DNA of 64,000 nt from Gemmatimonadota bacterium (GTDB lineage: Bacteria; Gemmatimonadota; Gemmatimonadetes; Gemmatimonadales; Gemmatimonadaceae). Below the pieces are notes generated by a model, which saw only the letters and a list, made by a program, of their open reading frames with translations, had not been told where the DNA came from and made no database searches. Of this stretch, positions 58,382-64,000 are shown one piece after another. Within the stretch, counting starts at the first letter, position 1, and every line of letters starts with the position of its first letter. The position numbers and the translations under genes are program-made. Where the stretch lies: positions 191,492 through 255,491 of the forward strand of contig JAZJZK010000007.1 in the NCBI GenBank assembly GCA_040389905.1, read 5' to 3'.

Positions 58382-59785
58382 ATGACAATCCTAAGCCTCG
58401 ACTACACCAACATGATGGCGCCGACGATCGACGGCGGCATTACCCCGGCCGAGTGGAGCGAGGTAGGCGCGGCATTCACTGCGGCGCACCAAGCGGTTGC
58501 CGACCAGCATGCCGCCGGGACGCTCGGGTTTCTCGATTTACCCGACGATCGCGCCCTGCACGCGCAGACGACTGAATTCGTCGCACGCGTGCGCAGCGGC
58601 GACAACGCGCCGACCGACGTCGTCGTGTTGGGGATCGGAGGCTCGGCGCTCGGTCCCATCGCGCTACGCACCGCGCTGTGCGCTCCCCAATGGAATCTGC
58701 TCGACGATGCCGCGCGCAAGGGCAGCCCGCGCCTGCACGTGCTCGACAACGTCGATCCCGCGAACATCTCCGCGCTGCTGGCTCGGCTCGATCTGTCGCG
58801 CAGCCTGTTCATCGTGACGTCGAAGTCGGGCGGCACCGCCGAGACGATGGCGCAGTACCTCGTGATTCGCGCGCGACTGGCGAGCGTCCTCGGCGACGAC
58901 GCCGCGAAACAGCACATCGTTTTCGTGACGGACCCCGAGAAGGGCGCCCTCCGGGCGATCGCGCGCGCCGATGGCATCGCGGCCCTCGATATCCCGTCGA
59001 ACGTGGGGGGCCGGTTCAGCGTGCTGTCGCCGGTCGGCATGCTGCCCGCCGCCCTCGTGGGGATCGACACCTCGCTGTTGCTCGCCGGCGCGGCCGACAT
59101 GCGCACGCGCTGCGCATCCGGTGTGCTCGCGAAGAACCGCGCAGGCACATACGCGGCGCTCCAATTCCTCGCCGATCAGCGGCATGGCCGCCACGTGCAC
59201 GTCTTCATGCCCTACAGCGATGCCCTTCGCGACATGGCCGATTGGTTCGTGCAACTCTGGGCCGAGAGTCTCGGCAAACATCGCACGCCGGGCGACGCTG
59301 GGGTTGGTCCGACCCCCCTCGCCGCACTGGGCGCGACCGACCAGCACAGCCAGGTCCAGCTCTTCATGGAAGGCCCGGGTGACAAGACGGTAACGTTTCT
59401 TTCCGTCGACGATGTGGCCAACGATGTCGAGATTCCGCGCCTGCACTCCGATATTCCGGAACTCGCATATCTGGGTGGTCATCGTCTGGGCGAGTTGCTC
59501 GATATCGAGCGGCGCGCCACCGCAGGGGCACTCGCGCGGCGCGGACGTCCCAACATGACCCTGATGCTCGAGACCTGCGACGCGTGGGAAATCGGCGGCC
59601 TGATCATGCTGCTCGAACTGGCGACGGCGTACGCCGGTCAACTGTACGGGGTCAGTGCCTTCGACCAGCCGGGCGTGGAGCTCGGCAAGCAGTTCACGTA
59701 CGGCCTGCTCGGTCGGGCGGACGCCGAAGCGGCGCGTCAGGAATGGAACCTGCTTCCGAAGACCGACCCGTCGCGAGTCATCTAG
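58382..59785 (+). CDS. pgi: Glucose-6-phosphate isomerase
   Basis: GIGGSALG, SKSGGTAET, GGRFSVLS, QLWAESLGK, DQHSQ.QL, FDQPGVE.GK. Confidence 0.95.
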   Translation: MTILSLDYTNMMAPTIDGGITPAEWSEVGAAFTAAHQAVADQHAAGTLGFLDLPDDRALHAQTTEFVARVRSGDNAPTDVVVLGIGGSALGPIALRTALCAPQWNLLDDAARKGSPRLHVLDNVDPANISALLARLDLSRSLFIVTSKSGGTAETMAQYLVIRARLASVLGDDAAKQHIVFVTDPEKGALRAIARADGIAALDIPSNVGGRFSVLSPVGMLPAALVGIDTSLLLAGAADMRTRCASGVLAKNRAGTYAALQFLADQRHGRHVHVFMPYSDALRDMADWFVQLWAESLGKHRTPGDAGVGPTPLAALGATDQHSQVQLFMEGPGDKTVTFLSVDDVANDVEIPRLHSDIPELAYLGGHRLGELLDIERRATAGALARRGRPNMTLMLETCDAWEIGGLIMLLELATAYAGQLYGVSAFDQPGVELGKQFTYGLLGRADAEAARQEWNLLPKTDPSRVI

Positions 59786-59851
59786 CGGCAACGTCAATTA
59801 ACTTTCAAGACTATCACGTATCGGCCCGGACGCGTCACTCTCGAGGAATAC

Positions 59852-61261
59852 ATGCACGACATAGATGCCCTGAATGCGCTCTTTGGCGACGCAGTCGCCG
59901 TCCACGATGGCCGCGTCACGGTCTCGCGCCCTGAGGCGATCGCGTCTCCGGCCATGGACGATCTCGTTCGGTCGGCCGTCTTCGGCGGTGGCGTCGAGAA
60001 GGAGTATGCGCGCTGGTTGATCTGGGAAATCGGTCAGGCCGTTGGCGTACGACCGGCATCGATCCACGACCTGTACATGGCGCGCGGGCGGAACGAGGTG
60101 CACGGGTTCACGGTGCCCGCCATCAACGTGCGAGTTGCGTCGTACGACACCGGCCGCGCGATTTTCCGGACGGCGATCGCCATGCATGCCGGCGCATTCA
60201 TCCTCGAGATCGCGCGCTCGGAAATCGCGTACACGGATCAACGGCCGGCAGAGTATGTGTCCGTCATGCTCGCCGCGGCGCTACGCGAGGGCTTCCGGGG
60301 TCCGCTCTTCATTCAGGGTGATCACTTCCAGGTGAATCACAAGAAGTACGCGACGAACCCAGGGCCCGAAGTCGACGCGGTGAAGGCGCTCGTACGCGAA
60401 GCCGTGGGCGCGGGCTTCTACAACATCGACATCGATACGTCGACGCTCGTCGACCTGAGCAAGGACACGCTGCCGGAACAACAGCGGCTCAACTATGAAG
60501 TGGGCATCGATATCCTTCGCGAAGTACGCGCGGTCGAACCGCCGGGCGTCACCATCTCGGTCGGCGGAGAAATCGGTGAAGTCGGCACGGAGAACTCCAC
60601 GGTCGAGGAGTTGCGAGCCTACATGGACGGCTTCGTCGCCGCGCTGCCCGCTGGCATGATGGGTCTATCCAAGATCAGCGTGCAGAGCGGAACGTCGCAC
60701 GGCGGCACCGTGTTGGCCGACGGCTCCATTGCGGAAGTCAAGCTCGACCTGGACACCCTCGAGACCCTCGGCAAGGTCGCACGAGACGATTACGGGCTCT
60801 CCGGTGCCGTGCAACACGGCGCGTCCACGCTCCCGGATACCGCCTTCAATAATTTTCCGCAACGCGAAACGGCAGAGATTCATCTCGCGACGAACTTCCA
60901 GACGATGGCATTCGACGCCGCCCCTGAGGGGCTGCGGAAGGACATGTACGATTGGCTGCTGGTGAATGCGAAGGACGAGCGCAAGGCGACGGACACGGAT
61001 GAGCAGTTCTTCTACAAGTCGCGCAAGAAGGCCATCGGGCCGTTCAAGCGACAACTATGGAATTTGCCCGGCGACGTCAAAGCTCAGCTGGCGAGTGCGT
61101 ACGACGCGAAGTTTCGCTTTCTCTTCGAACAGTTGGCGATCGGAAATACCGCGGCGATCGTCGCGAAATACGTTTCGCCTCCCGAGCAGCACCGTCCGAT
61201 GCCGGCAGACGCCACGCCCACGCACGCAGCCGCACCCGACGACGCCGACCTCTCGGACTGA
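59852..61261 (+). CDS. Class II fructose-bisphosphate aldolase-like protein (atypical long form)
   Basis: VPAIN, QGDH, GEIGEVG, GTSHGG, VQHGAS; GAGG RBS. Confidence 0.75.
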   Translation: MHDIDALNALFGDAVAVHDGRVTVSRPEAIASPAMDDLVRSAVFGGGVEKEYARWLIWEIGQAVGVRPASIHDLYMARGRNEVHGFTVPAINVRVASYDTGRAIFRTAIAMHAGAFILEIARSEIAYTDQRPAEYVSVMLAAALREGFRGPLFIQGDHFQVNHKKYATNPGPEVDAVKALVREAVGAGFYNIDIDTSTLVDLSKDTLPEQQRLNYEVGIDILREVRAVEPPGVTISVGGEIGEVGTENSTVEELRAYMDGFVAALPAGMMGLSKISVQSGTSHGGTVLADGSIAEVKLDLDTLETLGKVARDDYGLSGAVQHGASTLPDTAFNNFPQRETAEIHLATNFQTMAFDAAPEGLRKDMYDWLLVNAKDERKATDTDEQFFYKSRKKAIGPFKRQLWNLPGDVKAQLASAYDAKFRFLFEQLAIGNTAAIVAKYVSPPEQHRPMPADATPTHAAAPDDADLSD

Positions 61262-61891
61262 ATGACACCTGCAGTGGCCGACGACACCGCCGCGCTCTGG
61301 CTTCACGCGTTTCAGCGGGCAGTCGCACGGGCGTCGCACGATGTCAAGGATGCCCTGAATGGTGTCTCGGTCAACGTGGAAGTCGTGCGCTCCCGCGCGG
61401 CGCGACCCGACACCCCCGCCGCCGCGGTGCTACAGTTCTCCAACGCGGCGGGGCAGCAGTTGGATCGCCTGAGTACCTTGATCGATGCGATTCTCTCGCT
61501 GGCTCGGGCAGAACGCGAGCCAGTCGACGTTGCGGCAGTACTTCGCAGAATGACGATCCTGTGCGGCGCGTCGTCGTCACCCGCCGATGCGCACGTGAGG
61601 TTGATTAAAGGCGACTACACCGGCGCTGTGGTGACGAGCGCCCGTGGCGACGTTGTCCGTTTGGCACTGGTGGCGCCGTTGCTCGATCTCGTGCGGGGAG
61701 AGAATCGGGCGCACCCTGCATCGGAGGTGCAGTGCGCGCTCAGTGGTACGGCTGACGGAATTCTCGTTGAGATATCGGCTGCTGGACGCAGGGCGGTGAT
61801 GCCGGAGAGTATCGCCGACATCGTCCGAGCCGCCGGGATTCGGTGTACGGAAGGAGACCAGGGACTTTCACTCGCCTTTCCGCACGCGTGA
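61262..61891 (+). CDS. Histidine-kinase-like protein with H-box but degenerate ATPase domain
   Basis: ASHDVKDALNG H-box; no recognisable N, G1 or G2 boxes. Confidence 0.6.
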   Translation: MTPAVADDTAALWLHAFQRAVARASHDVKDALNGVSVNVEVVRSRAARPDTPAAAVLQFSNAAGQQLDRLSTLIDAILSLARAEREPVDVAAVLRRMTILCGASSSPADAHVRLIKGDYTGAVVTSARGDVVRLALVAPLLDLVRGENRAHPASEVQCALSGTADGILVEISAAGRRAVMPESIADIVRAAGIRCTEGDQGLSLAFPHA

Positions 61892-61926
61892 GTCACGCGA
61901 GCGGTTCGGCTTCAGGACGAGGTGGG

Positions 61927-63414
61927 ATGAAGCACGCAAAGATTCTCATTGCCGATGACGAAGCGGCCATTACGACTGGATTGGGCGCCATTCTCGAGGA
62001 CGCCGGCTACAACGTCGAGGTCGTCGCCGATGGGCAGAAGGCACTCGAGATGCTGTCCGCGGAGCGCTATGGCGTCGTGCTCGCGGACCTCAAGATGCCG
62101 CGGTTGGACGGTCTCGCGCTGCTCGGTGAGCTCCAGCAACGGAAGATTCCGACAGAGTGCATCATCATCACGGGGCAGGCCACCGTGGATTCCGCCGTTC
62201 AGGCGATGCAACAGGGTGCCTACGACTACATCGAGAAGCCGCTCAATGCGGAGAAGCTCAACCGCCTCAAGGCACTCATTCCGAAAGCCCTCGACAAATA
62301 CCAGGTCCAGCAAACCAACCGCGAGTTGGCATCAAAGCTGGAGGGGCTCACGCATTACGGTGAGCTCACCGGCCAGAGCGACTCCATGCGCTCCGTCTAT
62401 CAGGTCATCGAAGCGGTGGCGCCGAGTACCGCGAGCGTCCTGATCCTTGGAGAGAGTGGCACGGGGAAGGAACTCGTCGCGCGCGCCCTCCACACGAAGA
62501 GCGATCGAGCGAAGGGGCCATTCTTCGCGCTGAACTGCGCGGCGCTCCCGAAGGAGATCCTGGAAAACGAACTGTTCGGCCACGAAAAAGGCGCGTTTAC
62601 CGGCTCGATTTCGGAAAAGCAGGGCGCCTTCGAGATGTCGAGTGGAGGCACGATCTTCCTCGATGAGATGGCGGAGATGCCCACCGATATTCAGGTCAAG
62701 CTCCTGCGTGCGATCGAGACGAAGCAGATCCGCAGGCTCGGCGGGAAGAAGGAGATTACCGTCGATATTCGCATCCTTGCGGCCACCAACAAGAACCTCC
62801 AGAAGGCGATCGCCGACGGCGAGTTGCGCGAGGATCTGTACTACCGGTTGGCCGTCGTCGAAATCGATTTGCCGCCCCTCCGCGAGCGTGCGGATGACAT
62901 CCAGTTGCTTGCGAACGAATTCCTCGGTCGCTTTGCGCAGCAGAACGGAAAACCACTCAACAAGTTCGATGACGCGGCCTGGGAGTGGATGCTGAGCTAT
63001 CACTGGCCCGGCAACGTGCGTGAACTCAAGAACGCCGTGGAACGGGCGGTCATCATGGCCCGCGGTAGCACGATTTCCGCGTCCGATATCATTCCGCGCC
63101 ACCTCCGTGGCGGTGAGATGCCGACCGCGCTCACTATTCCCGTTGGCGCGACGGCAGCGGAAGCGCGGCAGCAACTCGTGCTTAGAACCTTCGCCTCGAC
63201 GGCGGGTGATGCCGCCCGAACCGGGAAGGTCCTCGGCATCTCGGAACGCGAAGTGCGTAGTGAGCTCAGCGCGCTGATCAACGGCCCGGCCGATGCACTG
63301 GTCGAGGCGGAGTCCGAAACGGACGCGAGCAGCGAGAAAGCCACGAAGAAGAAAGAGCCGGCAACGCCATCGCGTCCGCCGGCGAAGAAACCACCGATCA
63401 AGAAGGGGCGTTGA
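61927..63414 (+). CDS. Sigma54-dependent response regulator (NtrC/AtoC family)
   Basis: ADDE, DLKMP receiver; GESGTGKE, ELFGHEKGAFTGS, FLDE, REDLYYRL, WPGNVREL. Confidence 0.95.
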   Translation: MKHAKILIADDEAAITTGLGAILEDAGYNVEVVADGQKALEMLSAERYGVVLADLKMPRLDGLALLGELQQRKIPTECIIITGQATVDSAVQAMQQGAYDYIEKPLNAEKLNRLKALIPKALDKYQVQQTNRELASKLEGLTHYGELTGQSDSMRSVYQVIEAVAPSTASVLILGESGTGKELVARALHTKSDRAKGPFFALNCAALPKEILENELFGHEKGAFTGSISEKQGAFEMSSGGTIFLDEMAEMPTDIQVKLLRAIETKQIRRLGGKKEITVDIRILAATNKNLQKAIADGELREDLYYRLAVVEIDLPPLRERADDIQLLANEFLGRFAQQNGKPLNKFDDAAWEWMLSYHWPGNVRELKNAVERAVIMARGSTISASDIIPRHLRGGEMPTALTIPVGATAAEARQQLVLRTFASTAGDAARTGKVLGISEREVRSELSALINGPADALVEAESETDASSEKATKKKEPATPSRPPAKKPPIKKGR

Positions 63415-63437
63415 GCCCCGGAGCAGAGGAACTTGGC

Positions 63438-63911
63438 ATGCGACGGCACCACGAGTACGACGGCGAGCGGTACGTTGTCATCGAGAAGCACGGAAGCGAT
63501 GTGGGAAGCCTTCTCCTCGGCGTCCTGATCGGGGCAGGTGTGGCGCTGCTGTTCGCGCCGCAGTCCGGCCCTGAAACCAGGCGCGCCATTCGCCGCAAGG
63601 CGCAGGAGGCGACGGACGCGGTGAAAGGCGTCGCTGACGACGTGACCACCCAGGTGTCCGATACGTTCGAGGCCGCTCGCTCCCGCGTCGAAGAGCAGAT
63701 CGACTCGGCGCGCAATGCCATCGTGCGCAAGAAGCGTCAGGTAACGCGGGCCATGGAGGCCGGGCGCGAGGCGGCCGCCGAAGCGCGCGGAGAACTCGAA
63801 CAGCAAATCGCCGAAACAAAGGCGGCGTACAATGCCGGTGCCGATGTCGCGCGCACGGCGCGCGCCGTGGACGGGCGGCCGCCCGTATCGCGCGCTGACA
63901 CGAACCTGTAA
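63438..63911 (+). CDS. YtxH domain protein
   Basis: LLGVLIGAGVALLFAPQSG.ETR; GAGG RBS. Confidence 0.88.
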   Translation: MRRHHEYDGERYVVIEKHGSDVGSLLLGVLIGAGVALLFAPQSGPETRRAIRRKAQEATDAVKGVADDVTTQVSDTFEAARSRVEEQIDSARNAIVRKKRQVTRAMEAGREAAAEARGELEQQIAETKAAYNAGADVARTARAVDGRPPVSRADTNL

Positions 63912-64000
63912 ACGCGAGACGACGCTCTGCCAGACCTCCCCACGGTCGCGGATCTCCGCGCTATTCCGCGCTCGTGGGCGTCGCGCGCGGGATGGATGAT

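Noticed and set aside
1..64000. Transposase, integrase, prophage, defence system, tRNA or rRNA
   Set aside because: No matching motifs or structures recognised in any ORF or gap

Overview
GC-rich bacterial chromosomal segment. Gene style (many signal-peptide peptidases, DUF5916, DUF2911, GH127) suggests Gemmatimonadota; this is an inference. About 65 densely packed CDSs; I found no rRNA, tRNA, IS/transposase or CRISPR. Main blocks: namZ plus a phosphodiester glycosidase; M28 peptidase, PLP decarboxylase and ggt; small stress/detox genes; DUF5916 and GH127; an amidoligase cluster (two esterases, ATP-grasp, circularly permuted ATP-grasp, GCS2 ligase, C26 glutamine amidotransferase, acyl-CoA ligase); a translationally coupled operon of DUF4956, a secreted CotH-like kinase and a CYTH-PPK1 fusion; MarR plus a catE-like gene; SET protein, DEAD helicase and FKBP; an M28-M49 fusion and pepN near three L,D-transpeptidases; tal-pyk-MBL-pgi-fba; a pseudo-kinase with a sigma54 response regulator. 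Many intergenic gaps hold several families of palindromic repeats (GTCACCCCGAG REP-like, 9-mer CAGAG and ACGGAT arms, 7-mer GACAGGG arms), often nested in each other, and there is one indel-free 21-bp tandem array. The best candidates for undescribed systems are a possible polyphosphate synthesis/export/periplasmic phosphorylation module (33197-37964), the triple-amidoligase cluster (22385-30649) and the nested repeat elements. All family calls come from motif recognition by eye, not database searches.
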